Origin: Vitrella brassicaformis CCMP3155
Lineage: Eukaryota > Protista > Chromerida
Assembly (NCBI GenBank): GCA_001179505.1
Contig: CDMY01000268.1
Coordinates: 77,841 to 141,840 of the forward strand
Direction of reading: 5' to 3'
Length of the DNA: 64,000 nucleotides
The translations under genes were made by a program, and so were the position numbers. The notes beneath the pieces were generated by a model. The model was not told where the DNA came from. It worked only from the letters and a program-made list of their open reading frames with translations, and searched no databases. Below, piece after piece: positions 14,836 through 27,495 of this stretch (within the stretch, counting starts at the first letter, position 1; each line of letters begins with the position of its first letter).

Positions 14836-15426
14836 AGGTATCTCTGGCACCAGCCACTCGGTCACCCCGCTGACTCTCGCCAATTTCTACCGGTCTGGGC
14901 TGTCGTACACCTGTGTGCGTGTGTGTGTGTTGTCCACACATCTGTGTGTGTCTCTCTCTGTATTTCTGTGCAGTTTCACGATAGAGGCCGTCAACAATGT
15001 GCCTCTGTCCAGCGCGGCGTCGAGCATCCTCATCACCCAAGTCTGCGAGAAACCCGATGCTCCCACGCCGACATTCACCGGCCATACCGACACTTCGGTG
15101 AGCGCCCCCCGGCACCCAACACACACCCAACACAAACGCCCACACACCCATTCTACGTGCTATATAGGTGGTCATCAACTGGACGCCCCCAGCCAATACG
15201 GGCGGCACAGGTAAGTGTGTGTGTGTGTGCAGAGAAATCTCTCTATTGCGCGAGTCTGTGTGTTTGTATGTTTGTATATGTGTGTGTGTAGGGGTGGACA
15301 TTGTGGGCTATCGTGTGTATAAGGACGACTGTGCTGGCGGGGCGTTTCTCGCCACGCCCATACACGACGGTCGGCACACACAAAGAATACACAGGCCGGA
15401 GCCAGCCGCATATGCCAATCTCTTTG

Positions 15427-15458
<32 letters not shown>

Positions 15459-18167
15459 TGTAGGGGGTTCCGGGGTGCTCACTTACACAGCAACGGGACT
15501 CACGTGAGCACACACAGAGACAGACAGACAGAGCATGTCTGTATATATGTGTGTGTGTGTGTGTGTGTGTCCACAGCGCCGGAGCCACATGCAAATTCGG
15601 GCTAACCTCTCTCAACTCGGTCTATGAGAGCGTTCAATCAGGTGATGACATTGGCTGCACAATCAATCCTCCACACCGGCGGCAAAATCCTTCCGATCTG
15701 TGTTTGTGTTTGGTTGGGCAGGTCCTCATTCTGTGGACATATCTGCCGTCCCCACGGCTCCCGGCACGCCCACACTCACAAGCGTCACCAACGCGTAGGC
15801 GGGCATGATGCTCATACACACACACATGCAAGAGGGCGTCTGTCTGTGTGTGTGGGTGTTGCAGGGGCTCGGACATTGACATGGTCATCGGATGGACCAC
15901 TGCCACCTCTGGTGGGTTGGGGCGCCACGCACACACACACACACACACACCCCAATCTCTTTCTCTCTGTCTCTGTCCTCCCCCTGTGTGTCTGTGTGTG
16001 TGTGTCTGTGTGTGTGTGTGTCTCCGTCAGCCGACGCCATAACTCAGGACGAAGTCTTCAGCGACAACTGTGCAGGCGGCCCCATTACCAACAGCGAATT
16101 CTCGGGCGCCCCCGCTGTCGCACACACAAAGACGGGCATCGCTTACGGCGCCGTTTGCCGCTTCCAGGTGCCCTCTTTTCTCTGTCTTTCTCACACACAC
16201 ACAGAGGGAGGGAGGGAGGGAGTGTGTTGTGTGTGTGTGTGCGTATAAACAGATCCAAGCGTCCAACTCGAACGGTGCCGGGCCGCTCAGCGGCATCGCA
16301 ACCTTTGTGGCGTCCGTAACACCAGGAGCCCCGCAGAGCTTCGCGTACGTGTTTGCGCCTTTTTTTTTTGGCGGTTGGCCATTATGGAAGCCATCTAAGA
16401 GTGTCGCTCTCCCTCTCCCTCTGTGTAGGTATGCGTCATCGACAGCTACGAGCATCACGGTCACATGGGCGGCACCAAACCCCGTCGGCCACGCAAATGA
16501 GGCCACGCTGGACCGGTCAGTGGCACTGGACAGAGAGGGGCCGTTTGGTTAACAGCGTCCCTCTCTCTCTCTCTCTCTCTGTGCGTGTGTGTGTGTGTCT
16601 CGTTTGTGAAGGTATGAAGTCCTGTACACCAATCTGGACACGGCTGTCGGGCCGACAACAGGTACACCTACACCTACACACACACACACACACGCCGAAG
16701 TGTGTGGATCAAGATGTCTGTGGGTGTGTGTGCTTTGGCAGTGACCATCTCCCCCACGACATTAACCGCGACACTCACCGGGCTGACGACCACACACCAA
16801 TACCAGGTCAGGGTGGACACACAGAGACACTTTAGGGGATCTGTGTGTGTGTGTGTGTGTGTGCGAATGCAGATAAGCGTTCGTGCGTGCACCATCAACG
16901 AGTGCAGCAGCAACGCCGGGCCGATCAACCAGGCACGGAAATACCCACAGACATACACATATCGTCCTGCATCTCCCTCTCTCCCCGTGTGTCTGCGTGT
17001 GTGTGTGTGTGTGTCAGTATTGCGGGTCTCTCCCAGACGCGCCGGACCCCCTCTCTGTGTCGGCGAGCACTTCTAACGATATCACGCTCGGATGGACTTT
17101 CACAGGTAGGCCTGTTCGTGTGTGTGCACACCGTTTTCTATGTAGGCTGCTTGCTATGTGTGGGTGTAGGGAGCAATGGCGGCATGAGCGTCACGAGCTA
17201 CTCCGTCCTATGGAGCAACAACAAGTGAGAACCACTCTCTCTCCCCCTCTCTCTCTCTGTTTGTGTGTGCTAAGTGTATGTTTGTATGTCTGTGCGTGTT
17301 TCAGCTTCGCCACGTCCACAGCCGATACGGCCGTCGGCACGTCGTATGTCTTCACCTGCGCATCCGGTGGCGGACAGGGGTACGTCAATGCATTCAACAC
17401 GCACACGACACACACACACACAGAGAGAGAGAGGGAGACGTGTGTGTGTGTGTGTGTGTGGCCTTATGGGTGCAGGCTCTATTCTTTCAAAGCCGCTGCA
17501 ACGACCTCTGTGGGCACCGGTTAGCACACACACTGATTCTCTGTGTGTGTAGAGACATATTGACCTGTCTGTGTGTGTGAAATGAAGGTGCGTATACGAG
17601 TGCGATCAGCTGGTTCTGCGCAAACCCCCCCACCGCCCCGTTAGCAGCACCAGCGGTGGTACAGCCACACACAGGCATAAACACATGCCGAAAGGTCGTC
17701 TTCTGACATAATCTTCATATATATGTGTGTGTTACAGGCATCTCAGAGCACGACGGCGATCACCGTGACCTTGGCGACACCGACAGCACTGCAATTGAAC
17801 AACGTATGTGCAGACACAGAGAGACATATGCACGGACACACACACGTGTGTGCATCTCCCTCTCTCTCTCTCTCTCTCTCTCCATGTATCTGTGTGTGTG
17901 TAGGCGCCCCACACAGGCTATGTGCTGTACTGGAACGACGGCCTCGGCGGCACTGACTACGACGTACCTTGTGTCACACCCACACCCACACGCAAACGTT
18001 TGTTTGTGTCTGTCTGTGTGTGAAGTCGAGAACGATCACGGAGCCGTCGGCCATCACCCAGACCATCACAGACTGGAAGGGGACGCCTCTGAGTGCGGGA
18101 GACACCTACCGCATCAAATACATCTTTGTCTCCTCAGCCGGTATATAATCACACACACACAGACTGA

Positions 18168-18202
<35 letters not shown>

Positions 18203-19379
18203 GAGGGAAAGATGCGCCTGTGTCTCTGTCTGTCTGTCTGTCTGTCTGTGTAGGGGACGGCGCGGAGTCAGCCGAATTGGCGGCCATTGCTGCAACTGGT
18301 GTGTTGTCACACGCACACAGACCCCCCTGCTCTCACCACGCACACACACGTGAGTGTGTGTGGTGGTCTTTTCTCAGTGCCCGACACCCCCGCAATGCCC
18401 ACAAGAGTTGTCACGACCACAAGCACGTCGGACACTGCAATCGAGGTACGCGTGAATGAAAGCTCGTCTGTGTGTGGACCTCTCCTTCTGTCAAAAAGGT
18501 GTCTTGGATAGCGCCGAGCGACGGCGGCAGCCCCCTCACGGCATACCGACTCTCTTGGAAGGTACGTCTCTCTTTTTACCTGTCTCTGTCTCTCTCCCCG
18601 TGTCTGTAGGTCATGTGTGTGTGTGTTGATGTGCGCAGTTGTCGACGGGCCCGACATTCACCGACATCGACGTGACCCAGGCGGTCACCTCCGACTCTGT
18701 GACGGGCATGCACACAGACACAAACATGGAGTTTTTTTGCGAATGCATTGATTGAGGATTCTCCGTGTCTATGCGTGTGTGTGCAGTGCCCACACCGGGC
18801 AGCTCGTATCACTTTAAGGTCTACGCGACCAACGCAGTCGGCGACTCGGCTTACAGCGACGTGCTCGTTGCTAAGGTCGCCACCGGCCCAGCCCCTTTTA
18901 CACACAAATCTCTCTCTGTCTCTCTCTCTCTGTGTGCGTGTGGATAAAGGCTGCTGGCGTGCCCGACCAGCCAGGATCTCCTCCCTCTAGGGACCTGGCT
19001 TCAAGCAGGTGAGCATGTCTCTCTCTCCATGTCCCTTTGTCTCTCCTTATACCCACACCCTTCTGTGCGCAGTGTGAGTGGCGCGACGTGCAACCTCGCC
19101 CTGACGTGGACGGCTCCGACCGTTGTGGAGTTGAACGAGGGCACACTCACTGGGTAAGGGGGAGAACTGGTGTGTGGGTGTGTGGGTGCATTCCTGCGTC
19201 TGGGTGTGCAGGTATTATCTGTACCGCAATAACGGAGGCGCGACGGCCATCTCTGCCACACCGACGGTTGACCTGTCCACAACACCATCGGCCTCATCAA
19301 CGACCATCACCTCTCTCACGTATACCCACACACGCAGAGAGAGAGATACACACACACACACACCCCTCACAGCCGCGAA

Positions 19380-19417
<38 letters not shown>

Positions 19418-21217
19418 TGTGTGCAGGACCGGCACCACCTACAAAGTCACTCTTTCAGTGGTCAACGAGATCGGCGAGTCGCAGCAGAGCTCAGAGGCCT
19501 CACTACTGTGCGCAGTGGTGCCGGACACACCGACAACGCCCGCAGTCACCGGTGCACACACACGGACATAATCAAATATGCGAGCAGAGCACTTGTGTGT
19601 CGGGCTGTGCTGTAGGTGTTGTGAGGGGGGATGGCGGCTACCCTACGGGCAACGGGGAGATATCTTTGAGCTGGGTGGCACCCGACAACAAGTCGAGACA
19701 TACACACGCACACACACACACACAGAGGGAGAGAGACGCTGCTGTATGTGCAGAGGTGATGCGATCACCAATTACCGCATCGAAGTCACCGAGACCGTCG
19801 GTTCCGGCGCCTCGGAGGTCGTCACTCTAGGTACGCCGACAATTGGCACGGGAAGCGCGACGCTTTGCTCCTTTCTTGCATGTCTGTGTGCAGGCAGCGC
19901 ATCCACAAGCACCACTTTGACCGCTGCAAACTTTGGTGCCACTATAATGTTTGACTCGGCTATTCCCGAAGGGTACACACACGCACAGACAGAGAGAGAG
20001 AGAGAGAGACGTATGGTTATGGGGTCAATACCAAAAACACAGATATACCCTTACCGTGGCCGCCTACAACTCTCTCGGCTGGGGCCTTTACTCGGTAAGG
20101 AGTCTTCCACACAAAAAGGGACAACGATGTGAGTGTCTCGTTTGTGTGTATTCCGCAGGCGGCCACATCAACAGTGTACCTGCTAGAGACTCCCAACGCC
20201 CCTGCGAACCTCCGCAGAGCGGCGACAGCGGCCGTCAACACGCAGATCGACCTTGAGTGGGATGTGCCCACAGACACCGGTGAGTCTGTTCTGTCTTGGT
20301 GTCTTGTGGGTGACATTTTCTCATTCCCTCTCTCTCTCTCTCTCTGTGCCTCTGTGTGTCTGTGTGCAGGTGGTGCGGCCAACACTGACCTGACATATGA
20401 GATATACGGAGGCAACGACTGCATCACCATGGTCAGTGTTGGCGCATTCATCCGCTGCGCCTCTGATATGTGTGTGCGTGTGCAGGCCTCGTTGAGTACC
20501 ACAGAAACCGGCGGCCCTGTCACCGTCACCTACACAGAGTCATCTCTCGCACCAGGGTAACAGCACACACACACGCACAGAGAAACAAAGAGAGAGGGAA
20601 GGAGAGAAGGGGGTGTGCCCACCCAATCAACACGTGCAGCACCAGTCGGTGCTACAAGGTCCGCGCCAAGAACCTCGAGAACACCTGGAGCCCCTTCTCC
20701 CTCACCGTCACGCTGAGAGCAGCACAGCTGCCAGGTACACACATGTGCCTCCCCCCCCTACACACCCGTTATCCATCTGTGTGTGTGTGTGTGTAGATCC
20801 CCCGACGGGCCTTGTGTGCAATTCCCCCGCGGGTGGTCAATTAGACATCTCGTGGACGCCGCCCGCGTCAGATGGCGGCAGCCCTCTTACTCGGTAATTA
20901 ATGAGGCCAGCAACTTGATATGACCGATCACAGAATGAATGCACTATATGTGTGTGTGCAGGTATGTGGTGAGCTATACTGGCCCGGAGACCCCCGGACC
21001 CTACCTACTCAACTCTGCCACGTCAGACAGCTTCACTACCCTGATCTCCGGCGGCCCCTACACTGTGGTGAGCAGAGCCAGCCGCTGACAGAGGCACATG
21101 TCCGTCAGCCATCTCTCTCTCTCTGTGTCTGTCTGTGTGTGTGTGCAGAACTTGTATGCGGAGAATGAAGTCGGGCAAGAGCCGACAGGAGACTCATGTT
21201 CCGTCACTATCTCGTAA
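1..21217 (+). CDS. Giant fibronectin type III repeat protein, 5'-partial, about 100 introns
   Basis: Spliced exons repeatedly give FN3 motifs, e.g. ITVQWSAVTGADTGGSPILNYEL, MTVQWTYTSPSDAPITGYRLYVD, LSWSAPADGGAPITQYSI, YRFRVAAVNAVGTGAYS. Mostly GT-AG introns of about 50-170 nt. Last exon 21149-21217 encodes NLYAENEVGQEPTGDSCSVTIS-stop (TAA 21215-21217). Rough estimate 3500-4000 aa within the window. No C-terminal TM segment seen. Confidence 0.92.
1118..1417. other. Assembly gap (300 N) inside an FN3 intron, flanked by poly-C
   Basis: Flanking exons join in frame (VGN G|AWSTEATLYN), so no missing exon is required. Confidence 0.95.
7415..7714. other. Assembly gap (300 N) inside an FN3 intron
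   Basis: Flanking exons join in frame (ITGYK|MYENTVLDYDG) via a GC donor at 7390. Confidence 0.95.
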
Positions 21218-21811
21218 CTGACAGACAGCCAGACACTTGGCTGACGGCTCTCGTCATAATAATAGCTATACACACCATCCGGCTTATTTGTCAATCATGG
21301 TATTTGTCAATCTATTTATCTGTTGGACGGCGGGGGGGTGGGGGGCTGTGTGTGTGTGTGTGTGTCTGTTCTTTTCACTGGACTCAATGGACGTGGCTTG
21401 CGCGTGGTTGGCTGCTTGGTTTCTGCACTTCACTCGTCCCGGAGTGAGTGGGCGGATGCATGAGACAAGCTTTATGATATGATCTCACAGCGTGAACACA
21501 GAGATATCTCCGCGGACACACTGCTATGTCTGTGGTGACCGTCCAATTGTCATGCGCATAAACCCCACACAAAAAACGCTATTTGGCTCTCATTTGATGG
21601 TCGTCTTACACACCATCTGTCTGTCTGCTGTGTCTGCGGACATACCAAAAGACACCAATCACACACGCAAAAGAGACACGGAGGGCCAAAAAAGGAGAGG
21701 CCTCACACAGCACACTGGATGAAGACACCATACATGCATGCATGTCACGTTGAGAAGCGGCATGCAGCCCTAAATGAATCTGACCTTTCGGGCCTCACTC
21801 TCACACCACAG

Positions 21812-24800
21812 TTAGAACACGACTCTCAGCACCTCCACTTCATCGGCCATGAAGTACGCACTGCCCCCAAAGAAAGCACTGCCACGCCCATTCCTCACTC
21901 CCACATAGCCCTCAGGCACATCCCACCAGGGGATGCCCTGACAGCAGCTGCGAATGTCATCAGCAGCAGCGCCACCCTCATAGCCCAACTCCAGCCACCC
22001 ACCGCCCACCATCAGCAGTTTCGCCCCACGCACTGTCCCCTCCCGCCCGGCCACATACACTGGCCAGTTGCCGCCTTCCATCTTGGTCGGCCCCTTGGCG
22101 AAGTGGCCGGCCAGCGAGAAATGCCACATATCACAGCGGTACTTCTTCTTGCCTTTTCGGTCGTCGGGCAGCCGGATACCGGCACTGATGAAGGCGCCGA
22201 AGACGTACTTGTCCTTGCGGATGATGAACACCAGACCGCTTGCATCGCCCACACACCGCAGCAGATCGCCATACGACGACCCGTCACTTGAGGCCCTGAA
22301 TGAAGAAGACAGACACGCACACAGACACAGACACACACAGAGCACACACACAAAGTCAAACGATGGACGATGTCAATGACAAGAGCAGGGTACCTGTAGA
22401 TGAGTTTCAGTCTGCTCGCAGTTGTCGGTCTGAGGAACCGATAGAGTGCCGCCGACTGGAGGGCATCGAAGGTCGCACCCTCGATCACCTGCAGCGACAA
22501 ACAACAGGACGTCGATGCGGCTCTCCCTCGCCATTGTGTGTATGACCTTGAGTGGGAGAAGTGACCGACCGTCGACACGAATTGCTTCCACTTCATCGGC
22601 CACGAAGTGCTCACTGCCCCCAAACAGAGCATCGCCATCCTCATCCCTCACCCCCACATAGCCCTCAGGCACACGATCGCTGTCGATGAGCTGACGGCAG
22701 CTGCGCATATCATCAGCAGCGCCACCCTTGTAGCCCAACATCAGGCGTCCCTCAATCCACCGACCGATCCACAGCTTCGCCCCGCCCACTGCCCCCTCCC
22801 GCCCAGCCACCCACACTGACTTCCTGCCATCCAGCATCTTGGTCGGCTTCTCGAAGTGGCCGGCCAGCGAGAAATGCCACCCATCACAGAAGTGGACGTT
22901 CTCGCCTTTTGGGTCGTCGGGCACTTGAATGCCATCACTCATATAGACGCCGAAGACGTACTTGTCCTCGCGGATGACCAAGACCAGGCCCTCCGTGTCG
23001 CCCACACACCGCAGCAGATCGCCATACTCTGCGCCGTCACGCGAAGCCCTGAGAACATCAGAGACGACAGAGAATGACACACAATTGATTGCAGTGTCTG
23101 TGATGTGGTTTGTGCGTCGCACCTGTACAGCAGAGTGAATTCACATTCGTCCAACATGGCGAGCGCCAAGACGGATCGGAGGGCCGCACACTCTGTCGAG
23201 CTCAGACTGCTGCCAACGATCACCTGCACACACAGAGAGGGAGGTCAGGGCAATTGTGACGATGCTGCAATCACCCCATGGGCATTCTCACTTGTGGGTC
23301 GGGCGATTGGTCGTCCTCGTCTGTCGTGCTGCGACTCGAGAGAGCCGTGATGCCATCCGGCACACCGTCAGACACACTGACGATGCCATCACCATCCTGA
23401 TGAAAGTAGACAGCGGAGATATACAAAAGGCGAATCGCCGCCCTGCTGTCTGTGTCTGTCTGACCTCTGGTATGTCACTCAGGCGATCGTCGGCAGTCAT
23501 TGTGAACACAGACTTGACCGACGAACGGGACAGCACCTGCACACACAAACTCACAATGCCTCCCCGTCTGTGTGGGTGCCCATTTCATTGCTTTTCACTG
23601 ACCACAGACGGCGGGCCCTCTCGGTGGCTGCGTGTGTTGCTCCTGTGGATCTTCGTTGGCGGCCTCTCATTGGTCAGTCGGCCCTCTAACGGAACAATCT
23701 GAACGACGTCACAGACAGCCGAAATAGGCTGCTTTGTTGAACACATGAGTGAGCTCTTTTAATTTGCTTACGTTCATGGTGTTTGATGGCTCTGATGTCT
23801 GCGACTGTGTGTCGAGCGGCCGACCGCTGGCAGCACCGTCGTCATCTGGTGGACAGGTGGTGGTCTGAAGCCAGCCAAGTCAAGAAACAAAGGCCTCAGT
23901 TGTCGCCGTGGTGTCAGGACTAGTGTGTTACCTGTCGACTGAGGTCGGTCGTCGGTCCGATGAACCCGTCCGCCTCCCGACTTGCAGCAGCAGCGGCAGC
24001 TGGAGCTGCTGCCGACAGGTGGGTGAGGGGAATGGGTAGGGGATGTGGGTGGGGCGGATGCATTGGGAAAGGGGGATCGACAGCAGCTGCAGCGGCCGAC
24101 ACAGATGCCCCTTCTGCGGCCTGAAAGCAGCACCTGGTGGAGACTGCCTTGAGTGTGTAGTTCGCTTCTCCTCTCACCTGAATGTCATCCGATGTGTCAG
24201 GTCCGGGCATTCTGTTGACCCACTCCTGGACAGCCACGTGTAGCTCCTCCTCGCGCATCAGCTGCACACAAGGAGAATCACGATGCTCATGGGGCTTGCT
24301 GATCCGATGCACACGCACTATTCCATTTCCCTACCGCCATTCCATCGGTGTCGTCAGTGCCTGGTGCAGCAGCGGCAGGTGGCACAACAGAGGACGGCAA
24401 AGGACCCTGAGAAGGCAGACATGCATCGCCGAAAGGCGAATCTCTCACTGCGGGCACTCTGTTTGTCTACCTGCATATCGTTGATAACGTGAGCAAGCGA
24501 TGGTGCCGGTGAGGCAGATGGCCCAGGAGGGTTCTGAAGAGATAGGGGCACGCAGACAATGAGGGGTCGATGACTCGTCGATCTGTGTGACTGATTTGCT
24601 GTATCCTACCTGCTGACATCGCTTCCTGAAGTTTTTGATCCACGTGTCGCTCGCAGAGAAATCACTGATGCCCAGCCGATTGGCAATCTCCATCGCCTTG
24701 GCTCGGATAGCCTTTGGGGGGACCTTCGTTAGGTCGTCATGGTTGGCCATCCACTGCCGCATCTCGTCCTCAATCTGCTGGTACTTGGGCTGTCTGTTGC

Positions 24801-25604
24801 GCTTCTTAGTCGGGTCGACGATTCGCATGCCGGCCTCTCTCTGCTTCTTGAGCTTGGCCCGCCACTGCTTGAAGCGCTTGGGTGGGATGCCTTTCTCCTT
24901 GGCGAATTGGGGCATACTGATGGCCTCTTCGCTGTCCTTTCGCCTCTCAAACTCGTCCACCAGCTGCAGCCGCTTGCCGATCGTCACCTCGCCCGTCCCA
25001 CTGGCGGCTTCCTGGAAGCACACAAACAAGCCCATGATGGATGGCGGCAGACAAGGATACGGCCTCTGATCGTTCTTGCCTGAGTAGCTGCGTCATCTGC
25101 CGTATCGTCGCCGTGACAGTCAGGCTGACAGGACACGAGTCTATGGCGATGTAATAGATTCGTCAATCAACGCTACCTGCGTTGAGTTGCCGACGTGATG
25201 CGATTGTCCGAGCGGATTCGCTGCACCGGTCTGAACAGTTGCAAAGACAAAGGGTCAACACATTGGGTGCAGAAGTGATTGTGCTGTCGTATCCGCACCT
25301 GATGATGTGGGTCGTCATGATTCACTGCGGCGGTACCAGCACCACCACCGTGAGCAGCCTGTTAGAGAACGAGCAGAGCCTCACCGGCATTGATTGTGGA
25401 TGCAGAAGCTCTGCTGCTGCACGCACCTGTGCCTGGTTGTCGTCATGATTGTGATGGTCCTCGGCCGATGTGATGGCCCACATCCCTAGCCACATCCAAT
25501 CGGCCTACACACACGAAGCACAGACACAGACAAATGAATGAATCAAAGCGGTGACGTGCGGCGACACAGCACACTACCTGTGCGAAACTGTCCCATTCAC
25601 TCAT
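21812..25604 (-). CDS. CENP-B/pogo-type double HTH + linker + 2x TLDc protein, copy A
   Basis: Putative start MSEWDSFAQ (ATG 25604). HTH exon 24610-25011 (EVTIGKRLQLVDEFE...FAKEKGIP..FKQW...KRNRQPKYQQIEDEMRQW...AIRAKAMEIANRLGISDFSASDTWIKNFRKR). Phase-0 linker exons lead in frame to VIVGSSLSSTECAALRSVL..LLYR|ASRDGAEYGDLLRCVGD..FGGSEHFVADEVEAI and VIEGATFDALQ..LIYR|ASSDG..ADEVEVLRVVF-stop (21812-21814). The start exon is less certain than the body. Confidence 0.78.
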
Positions 25605-25919
25605 CAGAATGCCTCCCTTTTGCCGAAACGATGAATCACAGTCAGATCGCCGCAGCTCGCAAGAAGTCGAAGGGTAGAGGGCTGTTTGGTTGCTCAATGA
25701 ACTCCCTAGCTGTGTGCTGTTGTGTTGGTTGCAGGTCTGTCCTCGCGCCTAGGGCAAGACAAGATCTCCGCAGCGCCGAAGCAGCAGGGTCGTGGGAAGC
25801 GGTCGCACACACTGTCTACTGCTCAGGAAGAGACAACCGAGGCAAGCAACACAGAGCTTTCAATTCTGTGACTGGCTGCTGGCTGAGAGTAAATTGACAG
25901 GCCCGGCTTACTAACGGAG

Positions 25920-27383
25920 ATGGGTCTCTTACCACAGCGGTGCCGCTTAACGAGCGTCCTTCTCTCTGCGGCCGTTGCAGTGCTCGTCACTGTCATGTGG
26001 TCGTCCTTCGCCCGAGCACTGCCGCGGCTCAGTGCATCGTTTCCTCGCCACTCATGTGCCATCGGCCCAGCAGTGCTTGCCGGCCACATCAGCAGCACCA
26101 ACCAGCACCAGCCCAAACTATCTGCCGCATTCACTGAAGAGGACCGTCACGCCGATGGCGCCCAGAGGCCGGCCAGTGAGGTGAGAGCCATCGACCAGGT
26201 CGGCCGTGTGTGCGACGCCTACCTGCACGACAAGGGAGAGACCCCGCTGAGCCTCACGGTGGTTGCGGCCGCATACACCGTCCTGATGCCGTTGCTGTTG
26301 TCGGCGGCTGAGGGCACTGAGGGGTGTGAGGTGACTGTGGACGCCCACCCCATCGGCTTCTACAGAGTGGACGTCAGGGGCACTGAGAAACACAACCACA
26401 AGAACCGCATACACGTGGCCGTCACAGGTCAGTCAGTCGACGCCACTCGTGTGTGTGTGTGTGAGCCTCGTTGATTTGTCTGATGGGTGCAGGTCATTTG
26501 AAGGATGAGTTTGTGCACGAGCATCGCGAGAACTCGGCCTCGTTCAACGTGGGCGGCGGCTACACCAACTGATTCTACACGGCCAAGCTGCCAGGCGCCA
26601 CAATGGGCGGCGCCTTCTTCCCGACTGCACACGCGGCCAATGGCGGCGCCAAGAGGTTCCTGCGCTGATTCCGTCGCGGCTTCACTGAGGACGGCAGCCA
26701 CGAGAACATCGACCTGGGCATCGCTGAGCTGTCTGCCGTGATGGGGTTCTCATACGGCGGGGCGGCGGGTATGACTTCTACTACATGGAAAAGGACAAAC
26801 TGCACCGCCTCGACAACTACGGTGAGTGAGCCAGCAACTGTGATGACCATTGATTGAGACATCTCGATGTCTCATTGCCGTCAGATGCGCTTCACACGGT
26901 GTCCAACCACACGAGAGGCTTCTCTGACAAAGGCCGCAGCACGGTGCAGTTCCCCATCGACGACATGGCCCCCGACCTGGTCAGCCAACACACGGCCACA
27001 CACACGAAAGTGACACACAGCAGTGTGTGGATGTCCCTCTCTGTATGTGTGTGTGGTGTCAGGATGGCCATCGTGTGCCGAGTGCCGAGGAGACTGCTTT
27101 GGTCAAGGAGCGGCTGCGTCAGGTGGCGCCCAGGAGCGCCGATATCTTCGAGAGCTTTGGGGGCGACTACGCCGCCATGACCAAGATGCCCATCGATGAG
27201 GGCTGCAGACACATCATAGCGGTGGTCGAGGAACGCCTCACCAAGTGAGAAGGAAACACCGACCAATGACTCTCTGACACGCACACAGAATGAATGTGTG
27301 TGTGCAGGGTGCCAATGGAGTGGCTGACGCCCGACGGCAGCGTCCAGGCCGGCCGCCTGCCGACGACAGTGTCCATGTTCTAG
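25920..27383 (+). pseudogene. Unknown protein with N-terminal hydrophobic leader; two in-frame TGA and one frameshift in exon 2
   Basis: Exon 1 MGLLPQRCRLTSVLLSAAVAVLVTVMWSSF..HVAVT. Exon 2 from 26493 has TGA at 26570 and 26666 and a frameshift near 26760 (SYGG/GGYDFYYMEKDKLHRLDNY). Three further GT-AG exons end VPMEWLTPDGSVQAGRLPTTVSMF-TAG (27381-27383). Confidence 0.6.
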
Positions 27384-27464
27384 CGGCCGCTACTCACACA
27401 CATAGACACTGTTTTTTGTGAGACTCTCTTGACTCGTTTTTTCGATCTCGTCCGGTGGATACAG

Positions 27465-27495
27465 AAAAGCCCACTGCCTTCGGCCGTGGGCTTTT
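27465..27495. other. Perfect 10-bp stem hairpin AAAAGCCCAC-tgccttcggcc-GTGGGCTTTT
   Basis: Inverted repeat read directly; loop contains gcc-ttc-ggc; intergenic. Confidence 0.7.

Larger units (their letters stand above)
100..21148. repeat. Intronic compound microsatellites (AC)n(AG)n and (CT)n(GT)n in most introns
   Basis: Directly visible, e.g. 2919-2999, 6524-6690, 8828-8910, 19320-19426. Confidence 0.95.

Noticed and set aside
12-21168. Hundreds of short ORFs containing CVCVCV, THTHTH, ERERER or SLSLSL runs
   Set aside because: Translations of intronic microsatellites on both strands; the real product is the spliced FN3 protein.
24610-25011. Autonomous pogo/Tigger transposon
   Set aside because: No DDE domain follows the HTH, no TIRs were found, and the exon is embedded in a multi-exon gene in three copies.
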